From NCBI GenBank assembly GCA_019058315.1, contig JAHPZH010000001.1:1169432-1233431 (forward strand): a DNA stretch of 64,000 nt, read 5' to 3'. The notes under the pieces are model-generated. The model saw only the letters and a list, made by a program, of their open reading frames with translations, was not told where the DNA came from and did not search any database. Below, piece by piece: positions 9,719 to 19,717 of this stretch (the first letter of the stretch is position 1; every line of letters starts with the position of its first letter). This stretch comes from Candidatus Helarchaeota archaeon. Its GTDB lineage: Archaea; Asgardarchaeota; Lokiarchaeia; Helarchaeales; RDOG01. A program made the translations under genes and the position numbers.

Positions 9719-10426
9719 TCAACGCCTTTTTAAAATCCAAATCAGAACCGCTGTTGCTATCGGAAATATTATAATGAACAGTATGAACCAATCTACATAA
9801 GAACTCGCTGATTGCCCTACCGAATGTTCAAAGAATGCCCAATTTCCAAGAACATTAAATGTAGTGAAAATTAAAAATATATTCTGGTTAGGTAAAAATG
9901 TATCTAAAAGAAACATTTGAGTACTTAAGCTCCTTAAATGCCATTGCGCATCGATTGTTATAATAAATACGGCTATAAAAGTTGATACTACTGCCCCAAC
10001 TACAGTAAAAGCAATGAATCCAACTAATAATAATGGACTTATGTCTGTTTCACCAATAAGATATCCCATTATACCGCCAAGGATTAAAAACATGAAGAAA
10101 AATCCCAAGAACCACAAGAAATAACTAGAGGGAGATTGACCATAGATAGCATGTTCCACTTCTCTCATATTCCCTATTAAAGTTATAAATATGGTTTTAT
10201 TAAATGTTAAGTCTCTTGGAATTATAAATGGGTCAGTTTCACCCAAGCCATCATAATATGTAAGACGGCATGATTCAATTGCAGCTGCTTGTGTAACTCT
10301 TTGTCCAAAATGCCATTGTGAATCCATAGTGATGATTTGAACAGTAGCAAGTGTCATCGTTAGTGCACCAATAAAAACAAATAATGTAATACCTATACCT
10401 CTTAGTCCAGCCATTTTTTTCACCAA
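9719..10426 (-). CDS. multi-pass membrane protein with an internal repeat (DxQWH...EH)
   Basis: ITMDSQWH / ITIDAQWH and EHAIYGQSPSSY / EHSVGQSASSY are duplicated. Confidence 0.6.
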   Translation of the reverse strand: MVKKMAGLRGIGITLFVFIGALTMTLATVQIITMDSQWHFGQRVTQAAAIESCRLTYYDGLGETDPFIIPRDLTFNKTIFITLIGNMREVEHAIYGQSPSSYFLWFLGFFFMFLILGGIMGYLIGETDISPLLLVGFIAFTVVGAVVSTFIAVFIITIDAQWHLRSLSTQMFLLDTFLPNQNIFLIFTTFNVLGNWAFFEHSVGQSASSYVDWFILFIIIFPIATAVLIWILKRR

Positions 10427-10863
10427 ATTTTTTCTTTTTTTAATATAATAGAATTAATGATATTTAATTTTTAAAACTTATAATTTTAAGTTTTTAAAAA
10501 ATATATTGAATGAGATTTATATAATTAATTATTTAGAAAATAGTATTTTAATTAAGGAATTATCTGGAAATTAATTATAACATAATATTTTTAACATCTT
10601 GCTTACGATAAAATTTGACTTTTCAATTACTTAAAAAAATTTTCTAAATTAGATTAATAAAATCATAATTCTTACCTCCCAATACAATATGCATTACCAG
10701 TTGCCATAATAATATCATAAAAATTCTTATGATTACTGTTCTTATTAAGTTTATTAAATTAATAAATTTTAAAAAAACACACAATAACTATTTATATATT
10801 AATCAGAAATTATTTTAAAGCGTTGAAATTGGGAAATTAGGTTAAAAATGACAAAAAATAGAG

Positions 10864-11997
10864 TTGGAAAAGTGGATTAAAATGAAAAAAGATTTAATTG
10901 AGTCTTGTGTTGATTATTTAGAGAATTTTCACAGAGTATCAGGTCCAGAAACTCCGAATTTCGATGATTGGAGGGTTACTCCTTTCCCATTTTCAATAGA
11001 TAATGTTCATCCGCTAACTAAGTCAATATGTGATAGAAAAATTGGGTTTGTTGATGGAGGAAATTTTGAAATTTTTAAGTCAGCATCCTTTTGTATCCAT
11101 TTAATAAGAGTTTTTTTTAGTATTTTTAAAGGAAAGAAGCGATTAAAACCAAAAAAAGTTCCTGGAATTGTGGAATTTTATGTCGTAACCATAACAACAG
11201 TCAATGCACTTGGAGAATTAATATACAAATCAAAAATATTCCCATTTAAAGATGATTTTTTAGATTTTATCCCAGATGATTCAAAATTAATGATAAAACA
11301 AAATGATAAGACAATTAGAATAGGAAAATTTCGTCCTAATATTGAAATAATGGGTGCAGTTGGCCGTCAATTTGCAGAATGGAAAATGACTGAGAAAAGT
11401 ATTGAACTCGAGTTAGATTCTGGAGATATTTTTGTCAGAGATGGTTCCTTACAGACAGGTTATAAAGGAGAGTTTCATTTTTCTAATAAAGCATATGAGC
11501 AAGCATTGAAAAAGAATGTGTATTTAACTGCATTAGCTAAAACAAGCCGACTTTTAACAAATTTAGGACGAAGTGTTTCTTCTGTAATTTGGCGTTTTGG
11601 ACAAAAAAAATGTTCTGATCAAGCTTGGTATTATTATCCGATCGCAGATATCCGAAATCCAGACCATAAGGCTGAAATGTATCATGTCAAATTTCATGCA
11701 TCAGCCTCACGTTCATTCAGGTTTGAAATTTACAAAAAACAAGCAAAAGAAATGTCAATTTCTGAAAAAGAATTAATTTTTAAGAATATTATGGCAAATT
11801 CGAATGATATTGGATTTATAGGTTATCCCTTTGGTCTAATTGATGTAGATAAATTTTCACATGTAAGTAAAAAAGAAAAACCTTATCATAACACTTTATT
11901 TATTTCTGAAATATCTAAGAGAGAAAATTTTCAAGATTTTATTGATGAAGTTAGAGGAATTGATGCTCATGACATTATTAATAAGTTGAGGTGGTAA
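10864..11997 (+). CDS. nurA: NurA 5'-3' nuclease
   Basis: FVDGG, RDGSL, AKTS, GYPFGLIDVD motifs; first gene of the nurA-herA-mre11-rad50 operon. Confidence 0.85.
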   Translation: MEKWIKMKKDLIESCVDYLENFHRVSGPETPNFDDWRVTPFPFSIDNVHPLTKSICDRKIGFVDGGNFEIFKSASFCIHLIRVFFSIFKGKKRLKPKKVPGIVEFYVVTITTVNALGELIYKSKIFPFKDDFLDFIPDDSKLMIKQNDKTIRIGKFRPNIEIMGAVGRQFAEWKMTEKSIELELDSGDIFVRDGSLQTGYKGEFHFSNKAYEQALKKNVYLTALAKTSRLLTNLGRSVSSVIWRFGQKKCSDQAWYYYPIADIRNPDHKAEMYHVKFHASASRSFRFEIYKKQAKEMSISEKELIFKNIMANSNDIGFIGYPFGLIDVDKFSHVSKKEKPYHNTLFISEISKRENFQDFIDEVRGIDAHDIINKLRW

Positions 11998-11998
11998 T

Positions 11999-13594
11999 AT
12001 GACAGAAGAAGAAAATAAACTTGAAGAAGCAATTGTAGGACAAATTGTTTCAGGAAAATTTGGTGAAATTTTTGTAAGACAAAAGAAAGAGAAAGTAATT
12101 GAACTGGGAGAGCTTTTAAAAATTAAACACGAGAATGGTTATGGATTATTCCAAGTAACGCAGTTGTATTTCGGAAGTCAAATTCCAAATGACACCCTAG
12201 AATTAATGGCAGGATTGAATTTAGAGGGTAAGGGGACTAATCTGGAATTTTATGAACCCGAAATTAGAAATTATGTTTTAGCAGAAGTTAAAGGGTTATT
12301 AAACATAACGGAAATTGATGATAAAAAACAAATTGCTTTACCAAAAACCCTACCCGAATTTTTTTCTGGGATTCAAAAAATTACAGAGGACGATTTAGAT
12401 TTCATTAAACCACCAGAAAATCCAATCTATCTAGGGAAAGTCAGATCAGGTTCTAAAATTTTAAATATTGATTTAAGTTTATCAGCGCAAGATGTCCTAA
12501 AGCATCATATTTTAATTCCAGCCACTACAGGAAGGGGAAAAAGTAACCTTGTAAAAGTAATGTCTTCCAGTGTCATCAAAGATACTAGCTGTGGAATGTT
12601 GATATTAGATCCTCATAATGAATATTTTGGAGTTAATGATATTGGATTAAAGGATATTAAAAATGTAAAAGATTATTTGAGTTATTATACTCCAAGAGCT
12701 GGGGCTATACCAGGAGCTAATACTTTAGTAATTAATACAAATGATATTAAAGCGAGGCATATAAATCAAGTTTTAAATCTAACAGGTCCCCAAAAGGATG
12801 CAATTTTTAGCTATGAAACTAGATATAGAACTAACTGGTTAGATACATTAATGCAAGAGGAACAACCAACAATTAATGCCATTCAACCTATTACTTTGCA
12901 TGTTACACAAAGAAAAATAGGGCTTCTTCTAAATATTTCAAGATTCGATGTTGGTGGAACTATTCAAATCAATTATAACGGAATATTTCAAAAAACAAGA
13001 GGCCATGCCACAATCAACACTATTTTAAAAGAAATTGAAGAGGGTAAAACCGTTATTATAGATACTTCAACTCTTGGAGGTAATATTGAGCTCTTTGTTA
13101 ATACAATAATAGTCGAAAAAATATTTTCGGCATATCGTAATTATAAAATGGAAGGAAAATTGGATGATAAACCAGTGGTATCTATTGTGATTGAAGAGGC
13201 ACCTAGAGTAATTGGAAAAACAGTACTTGAAAATAGAGAAAATGTGTTTGGAACAATAGCAAAAGAGGGAAGAAAATTTAAAGTAGGATTAATTGCTATT
13301 ACTCAATTACCAAGTGTTATAGCACGAGAAATTCTTGCGAATATGAACACAAAAATTATACTTGGAAATGAAATGGGACCCGAACGGCATGCTATTATTG
13401 AGAGTGCAGCACAAGATTTATCTAAAGATTCTCAGGCAATCGCAAGTTTAGATATTGGAGAAGCAATTATAACCTCAAACTTCACAAAATTTGCAATTCC
13501 AATAAAAATTCCAATTTTTTTAGACTTCATCAAGGGAATTAATGGAGAAGATAGTAAAAAGAAAATAAAAAAGAGTTATCCTGGTGTAAATTAA
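11999..13594 (+). CDS. herA: HerA DNA translocase/helicase
   Basis: [37 protein letters not shown]. Confidence 0.9.
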   Translation: MTEEENKLEEAIVGQIVSGKFGEIFVRQKKEKVIELGELLKIKHENGYGLFQVTQLYFGSQIPNDTLELMAGLNLEGKGTNLEFYEPEIRNYVLAEVKGLLNITEIDDKKQIALPKTLPEFFSGIQKITEDDLDFIKPPENPIYLGKVRSGSKILNIDLSLSAQDVLKHHILIPATTGRGKSNLVKVMSSSVIKDTSCGMLILDPHNEYFGVNDIGLKDIKNVKDYLSYYTPRAGAIPGANTLVINTNDIKARHINQVLNLTGPQKDAIFSYETRYRTNWLDTLMQEEQPTINAIQPITLHVTQRKIGLLLNISRFDVGGTIQINYNGIFQKTRGHATINTILKEIEEGKTVIIDTSTLGGNIELFVNTIIVEKIFSAYRNYKMEGKLDDKPVVSIVIEEAPRVIGKTVLENRENVFGTIAKEGRKFKVGLIAITQLPSVIAREILANMNTKIILGNEMGPERHAIIESAAQDLSKDSQAIASLDIGEAIITSNFTKFAIPIKIPIFLDFIKGINGEDSKKKIKKSYPGVN

Positions 13595-13673
13595 AAGTTT
13601 TATTCAAATATTAAAAAGAGTAATAATTTTTTTAAGATTTCAGATAATAGAAGAGACCAGTTGGTAATATAAT

Positions 13674-14945
13674 ATGAAATTTGCCCATATAGCTGATTGT
13701 CACTTAGGTTGTTGGCGAGATGCGGATATAAATAAACTATCTATGGATAATTTTGAAAATATTATAATAGATTGTATCAATGAAAAAGTAGACTTTATAA
13801 TAATTGCAGGGGACATATTTGAAACTAGTTATCCACCTTTAGCAATATTGACTTCAGCAGCTAAAATCTTTAGAAAACTAAAAGACGCAAAAATACCCGT
13901 CTACGTAATTTCAGGTAGTCACGACTCTTCTCCAACCGATAATACAATTCTAAATGTTTTTACTGAAGCTGGATTATTATTAAATGTCATGAAAGCAAGT
14001 TGGGATAAAAATGGAAAGATAAATTTGGTTTTTACTGAAGATCCTAAAACAAAAATAAAAATAACTGGAATTTTAGGTAGAAAAAGAGGCTTAGAAGCAT
14101 CAATTTATGAAGATTTAGAGCGAAAATCATTAGAGAATGAACCAGGATTCAAAATTTTCTTACTTCATACCGCAATATCTGAATTAAAGCCTAAATATTA
14201 TAAAGAAGAATCATCTCCCCAATCTTTAATCCCTCAAAATTTTCAATATTATGCAGCAGGGCATATTCATCAAGTTATTCCTTCATTTGAGATAAATGAA
14301 GAGAAAATACTTAAATCCGAGATTCTATATCCAGGTCCAACTTTTCCCACAGATTTTGAAGAAATGGAAAAGAATATTGGAGGTGGTTATTTTATAGTTG
14401 AACCAATTAATTCTAAAGTGAAAGTAAATTGGAGAAAATCCATAAATTATAAAGTAATTTCATTTAAATTTGATGCCGAAAATAAAAATTTGGCTCAAGT
14501 TACTAAAGAACTTGATAAATTTATTAAAGAGAATGATTTTAATGATAAGATCGTAACAATTAGAATATTTGGGGAATTAAAATCGGGAAATACAATTGAT
14601 CTTAATTTAAATGAATATATTTCTCAAATGAGAGAAAAAGGAGCTAAATCAGTTTTAAAAAATACAATAAAATTCTCCTCAAAAGATTTCGAAATAGGAC
14701 GTCCACCAGTAGGAAATTCAAGAGAAGAAATTGAACAAATTTTTTTCAAAGAAAATCTTAATACAGGAATAGTTAGTGACTGGACTGAACAAATGGAGAT
14801 GAAAATTGCTAAAGAAATCTTGAAGAAAATCAGCATTTCAAAGGATATGGGAGAAAAAGTCAAGGATTATGATGCAAAAATAAGTAATTCATTATTAAGT
14901 TTATTTGGATTAAAAAAAGAATGGGAGGAATTCGATGATAATTAA
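13674..14945 (+). CDS. mre11: Mre11 nuclease
   Basis: HIADCHLG, AGDIF, GSHD, GHIH, YPG metallophosphoesterase motifs. Confidence 0.9.
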   Translation: MKFAHIADCHLGCWRDADINKLSMDNFENIIIDCINEKVDFIIIAGDIFETSYPPLAILTSAAKIFRKLKDAKIPVYVISGSHDSSPTDNTILNVFTEAGLLLNVMKASWDKNGKINLVFTEDPKTKIKITGILGRKRGLEASIYEDLERKSLENEPGFKIFLLHTAISELKPKYYKEESSPQSLIPQNFQYYAAGHIHQVIPSFEINEEKILKSEILYPGPTFPTDFEEMEKNIGGGYFIVEPINSKVKVNWRKSINYKVISFKFDAENKNLAQVTKELDKFIKENDFNDKIVTIRIFGELKSGNTIDLNLNEYISQMREKGAKSVLKNTIKFSSKDFEIGRPPVGNSREEIEQIFFKENLNTGIVSDWTEQMEMKIAKEILKKISISKDMGEKVKDYDAKISNSLLSLFGLKKEWEEFDDN

Positions 14946-16965
14946 AAGAATTCAATTGGAAAATATAAGAAGTTATATCGGCTTAGATTTGAAATTTCCA
15001 ATTGATTCAATTCTATTATGGGGGGATATTGGCTCAGGGAAGTCTACTATCTTAATGTCAATAGCTTTTGCATTATTTGGATTTCATAATAATATTAGTG
15101 GTAATACATTACTTCGTCATGGTAAAAATAATGGAAAAGTAAGATTGACTTTTCAAATAGAAGATAAGGAAATTATTATTGAAAGAACCTTAAAGCGCTC
15201 AAAAACGTCCATTAATCAAGATAAAGGTAAAATAAGAGTAAACAGTACAGAATCTGAGAAATCTCCAAGAGAAATAAAAGCAAACGTATTAAATTTGATA
15301 GGATATCCTGATGATTTATTAAATAAAAAAGAATTATCGATCTTTCAATATACTGTTTATACTCCTCAAGAAGAAATTAAGAAAATTCTTTATGATTCTG
15401 CTGATAATAGACTTCAGGTTTTAAAAAACGTCTTTGAGATAGAAAAATATAAGCGAATCCAAAATAATATTTCGAATTTTATTACTCAAATTAATTCTAA
15501 AAATAGATATCTTAAAGGACTTACAAGTGACTTATCAGACAAAAAAATTCAGCTAGATGAATTAGATAAAGATATTATTCAGAAAACTAAAGAATTAAGG
15601 ATAAAAACTTCTGAATTGAATATTTTAACGAACCAGAAAAAAACGAAAAAGGCTGAGCTTAAAGAGGTCATGGATAAATTTAATGAATTTAGCGACATAA
15701 AGGAAGATCTGGCTAAGAAGAGCGCTTTTGCTTCTTCATCTAAAAAAAGTATGGATAAGTTAAATAAATCCATAGATAATACAAGAAGTAAAATTGACGA
15801 ACTCAATAATAAAATTGGTAAATTTGTTAATTTAAAACCACCTACAGAATTAAATCTTAATCAATTAACTAAAAAGAAAAAATCCTTAGAATCTGAGATT
15901 TCGAAAGAGAGGAAAAATGAGGGTAGAATATCAACAAGAATTGAACAACTTGAGAGGATTTTAGAGGATAAAATATGTGAAGTTTGTGAACAAGAAGTCC
16001 AAGATGTTGAAAAATTTGAACATAGAATTTTGGATTATAAAAAGTCTCTTAATAAATTAATAGAAGAATTAAATAAAAATGAGGAAGAAAAAAAAGAAAC
16101 TGATTCAATAATTACAAAATTGACAGATTATACAAGTGCTCTAGAGAGGAATAAGATTTTCATTAACCAATTAGATGAAAAAAAAGAAGAATTTGAGAAT
16201 CTAAATGGGGATATTGATAATGAAATCGAAGTTTTTGATAAATTAACTAAAGAAATCGCTGAATTAGATGAAGTACTTGATAAATACAAAGGTATTGAAG
16301 ATGAAAAAAATGTTAAAGAACAAGAACTTGAGCAAATTGAAGATAATTTAAATCAAGTATCTAAAGCAAAATCAGCATTAGAAGCTGATATTAAAACTTT
16401 TGATAGATATAAAACAAATTTAAAGGAAGAAATAGAAAGTAAAGAAAAAGCACAAGAATTTAGCATTAAAATACTTCAAATTAAGGAATGGTTACAACAT
16501 TTATCCGAAGTATTACAAAGTATTGAAAAAGAAGTAATGGTTAATATTTGGAACCAATTTAATACTGCATTTCAAAATTGGTTTAATTTATTAATTGAAG
16601 ATGAATCAATTCAGGTTAAAATTGATGATTCATTTGCACCTGAAATAATCCAAAATGGATATATAACAGATTATGAGCAAAATTTAAGTGGTGGTGAGAA
16701 AACTTCAGTAGCATTAGCGTATAGGCTTGCTCTCAACAGGATTATTAATTTAGAAAATGAACAAATTAAAACTAAGGACCTACTAATATTGGATGAACCT
16801 ACAGATGGTTTTAGTAGTCAACAGCTCCAAAATATTAGGGATATTTTACATAAATTAAATACAAAACAAACAATCATCGTTTCACATGAACCAGAAATTG
16901 AAAGTTTTGTAGCCCATACTATTAAAATTGACAAAAAGAATCATGTATCAAGTGTTATTAAATAA
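14935..16965 (+). CDS. rad50: Rad50 ATPase (short coiled coil)
   Basis: LENIRSY, GDIGSGKS, central CEVC zinc hook, LSGGEK, LDEPT, SH. Confidence 0.9.
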   Translation: MIIKRIQLENIRSYIGLDLKFPIDSILLWGDIGSGKSTILMSIAFALFGFHNNISGNTLLRHGKNNGKVRLTFQIEDKEIIIERTLKRSKTSINQDKGKIRVNSTESEKSPREIKANVLNLIGYPDDLLNKKELSIFQYTVYTPQEEIKKILYDSADNRLQVLKNVFEIEKYKRIQNNISNFITQINSKNRYLKGLTSDLSDKKIQLDELDKDIIQKTKELRIKTSELNILTNQKKTKKAELKEVMDKFNEFSDIKEDLAKKSAFASSSKKSMDKLNKSIDNTRSKIDELNNKIGKFVNLKPPTELNLNQLTKKKKSLESEISKERKNEGRISTRIEQLERILEDKICEVCEQEVQDVEKFEHRILDYKKSLNKLIEELNKNEEEKKETDSIITKLTDYTSALERNKIFINQLDEKKEEFENLNGDIDNEIEVFDKLTKEIAELDEVLDKYKGIEDEKNVKEQELEQIEDNLNQVSKAKSALEADIKTFDRYKTNLKEEIESKEKAQEFSIKILQIKEWLQHLSEVLQSIEKEVMVNIWNQFNTAFQNWFNLLIEDESIQVKIDDSFAPEIIQNGYITDYEQNLSGGEKTSVALAYRLALNRIINLENEQIKTKDLLILDEPTDGFSSQQLQNIRDILHKLNTKQTIIVSHEPEIESFVAHTIKIDKKNHVSSVIK

Positions 16966-17005
16966 ATTTTTAGTGTTTAAATCAAATTTCGAAATTTATA
17001 TTAAA

Positions 17006-17106
17006 AGGGTGAGTCTCACCCTCACCGTAAAAGGGGAATGTAGGGAGGAGGGGATTTTAAAAAAGAGTAGTGAGGGGAGACTCCCAATTTCAACAACCCT
17101 ACTACT
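17006..17106. other. GC-rich structured intergenic element (candidate ncRNA or regulatory site)
   Basis: AGGGTGAG-T-CTCACCCT palindrome at 17006-17022; AGTAGTGAGGG...CCCTACTACT stem enclosing GGGAGACTCCC. Confidence 0.3.
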
Positions 17107-17301
17107 TTAATGAAAAAAAATTATTTGAATTCATATTTAAATTTACCTAAAAATTCGAAATTTTTTTTGGATTTTTTAAAGACTTTTATCGGAATTTTTA
17201 ATTTAATTTTAAAATTCTTAAAAAATTTTATCAAAATTACGAGATTTTTTGAATGATTCAAATAATTTTATAAAAAATACAAATCAAATATGTATTAGAA
17301 G

Positions 17302-18180
17302 GTGAACAAAATTAAAGAAGCTAAGCTAATAAGCAAAATGCAGCCAAGAAAAATGCCTCCTGATATAGAATTTGAGTATAAAAATATCAAGGTAGGTAAT
17401 TATAACTTAACTTATTGGGATGAAGGACCAAAAGATAGCTTAACGATTAGTTTTCTTCATGGTTATACGGGAGATATCGATGGATGGTATTATCAAGTTT
17501 CGGAATTTTCAAAAAACTACAGATGTCTGGCACATAATCACAGATGTCATGGGTCTTCCGAATCTAAAAATGAACCTGTAAGTATTAAAGATTTAGCAGA
17601 AGATTTCCTTGAATTATTAGATAAATTAAATATTTTGGAAAAAATTATTGTAAATGGACACTCAATGGGAGGGATGATAGCACAGCGATTTGCATTAGAT
17701 CATCCCGATAGGGTTAAAGCCCTAATTTTAACAGATACAGCTCCAAAATTACCTATTGAGGATGAGATGATTGATCAAGTTAAGAATATGGGAGTATATG
17801 AATTAGCAAAAATGATGGAGAAAATGTTTTCAATTCCCGTAAGAAAAAGACCTCCAGAATTACGTGAATACTATAAAAATTTATCTGAGTGGGAAGTAGA
17901 GAAGAAAAAAGACCTCCCTACTTATATGGGCGTTAATTTTTTAAAAGCACTAGGTGATTGGGATGTTGTTGAGCAATTACATGAGATTAAAGTTCCTACC
18001 TTAATAGTATTTGGAGAAAAAGACACATTAACAGATAAAAAGGCATATAGTAATTTATTAAATGAAAAGATTCCAAATTCAATACTTGAAATAATTAAAG
18101 ATGCTGGCCATGGACCTCCTTTGGAACAAACTGATGAATATAATAGAATTATTGGTGAATTTATCAAAAAATACGAGTAA
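17302..18180 (+). CDS. alpha/beta hydrolase
   Basis: LHG, GHSMGG nucleophile elbow, GEKD, AGH. Confidence 0.9.
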   Translation: MNKIKEAKLISKMQPRKMPPDIEFEYKNIKVGNYNLTYWDEGPKDSLTISFLHGYTGDIDGWYYQVSEFSKNYRCLAHNHRCHGSSESKNEPVSIKDLAEDFLELLDKLNILEKIIVNGHSMGGMIAQRFALDHPDRVKALILTDTAPKLPIEDEMIDQVKNMGVYELAKMMEKMFSIPVRKRPPELREYYKNLSEWEVEKKKDLPTYMGVNFLKALGDWDVVEQLHEIKVPTLIVFGEKDTLTDKKAYSNLLNEKIPNSILEIIKDAGHGPPLEQTDEYNRIIGEFIKKYE

Positions 18181-18181
18181 T

Positions 18182-19648
18182 TTATTTTTTTTCTTTTTTC
18201 AATTTATTCTGATAGTACTGATACATTTTAGATAGAACATTTGCTGCGGTTTCTGGTTGTGAATATATTACAATTTGCTTTTTGTACTCTTCTTGAACCT
18301 CTTCTGAAGATAGCGCGACTGCAACAATGGGTTTTTTACCAATATCAACTAATTTTTTAATATTTTTAACAAAACGCATATCTGTTTTTTCAAATTCTTT
18401 AATTAGCACTTGTAAATCTTCTTCAGGAATATTTACAATTTGTTGATATTTTTTTAAATTTTCAAATGCTAACCCAGTTAACACACCAAGCACTACGATT
18501 CCATCCATTCCAGAATCAGATAGAATTTTTAAGCTTTTTAATTGATTTCTACGATCTAATGTACCCACGAGATCAATGGGATTACTTTTTGACCAATATG
18601 GTGGCAAAATCTTATTTAAATCTTCAATAGCCACCTCTGAAAGTGGTGGAACTTCGAGGCCAACTTGCATTAAATGGTCTGCGCACACTACAGCCCATCC
18701 TCCACCCCAGCTTAAAATTCCTATTCTTTTTCCTTTAAGAGGAGGTAATTTACTGAAAGCTTTTGCAAGATCTAATAATTCTAAACTCGTGCTAGCTTCA
18801 ATAACTCCTGCTTGCTTGAACATAGATTGAATAATTACCCAAGAACCTGCAATAGAGCCTGTGTGAGAGTGGGCAGCTTTAGAGCCTGCAGCAGTTTTTC
18901 CAGCCTTATAAACAATAATTGGTTTATGAGGAGTTATCTTTTTGGCAACCTCTAAGAATTTTTTTCCATCTCTTAGTCCTTCAATATAACATAAAATTAC
19001 TTTTGTATCTGGATCTTGACCTAAATATTCGAGATAATCTTCCGTTCGCAACATAATTTCATTTCCAGAGCTGACAAATTTTGAAAATCCAATTCCTTGC
19101 ATTTCTCCTAAAGACATCAATTGGGTACCAAGATTTCCAGATTGTGAAATAAATCCTATATTTCCGGGGATAGGGTTAATAGGAGGCATTAATCCGTAAA
19201 ATTTATGGTGGGGATTACATATACCCATAGTATTTGGTCCTATAATTTGAATCTTATAATTATTAGCAATTTTAATAACCTCTTTTTCCAAATCTCTACC
19301 ATCATGACCTATTTCGCTAAAACCACCCGCAATTATGACACAAGATTTAACACCAGCTTCACCACATTCTTCTAAAACATTAAAAATCTTTGTAGATGGC
19401 AAAGCAACATAAACCAGATCAATAATGCCTCTAATATCTTTAATACTTGGAAAAGAGCGAATACCATAAATTCTTTTATGTTTCGGATTTACAAGAAATA
19501 ATTTTTCCTTGTAACCTCCAATCACTATATTAGCAGCTATAATTGCCCCCCATTTCATAAAGTTGGGACTAACACCAATAATTGCAACATTTTTTGGTGT
19601 AAAAACTGAAGAAAAATCGAGTTTCCAATTAACCAAATTTAACACCAT
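18182..19648 (-). CDS. ADP-forming acetate/acyl-CoA ligase alpha subunit
   Basis: CoA-binding N-terminus, GPNTMG, SQSG, SHTGS phospho-His, NPIDL. Confidence 0.85.
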   Translation of the reverse strand: MVLNLVNWKLDFSSVFTPKNVAIIGVSPNFMKWGAIIAANIVIGGYKEKLFLVNPKHKRIYGIRSFPSIKDIRGIIDLVYVALPSTKIFNVLEECGEAGVKSCVIIAGGFSEIGHDGRDLEKEVIKIANNYKIQIIGPNTMGICNPHHKFYGLMPPINPIPGNIGFISQSGNLGTQLMSLGEMQGIGFSKFVSSGNEIMLRTEDYLEYLGQDPDTKVILCYIEGLRDGKKFLEVAKKITPHKPIIVYKAGKTAAGSKAAHSHTGSIAGSWVIIQSMFKQAGVIEASTSLELLDLAKAFSKLPPLKGKRIGILSWGGGWAVVCADHLMQVGLEVPPLSEVAIEDLNKILPPYWSKSNPIDLVGTLDRRNQLKSLKILSDSGMDGIVVLGVLTGLAFENLKKYQQIVNIPEEDLQVLIKEFEKTDMRFVKNIKKLVDIGKKPIVAVALSSEEVQEEYKKQIVIYSQPETAANVLSKMYQYYQNKLKKEKK

Positions 19649-19717
19649 AAATTCATAGCTGTTGACTAAAGAATTATTTCCAAGATTTAAGTTAAATTCA
19701 GATTAATCACTTATATT

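Noticed and set aside
10864-16965. HerA/NurA as an anti-phage system
   Set aside because: This is the canonical archaeal nurA-herA-mre11-rad50 double-strand-break repair operon
17006-17106. SECIS element or tRNA
   Set aside because: No cloverleaf or T-loop, and no adjacent gene with an evident in-frame UGA
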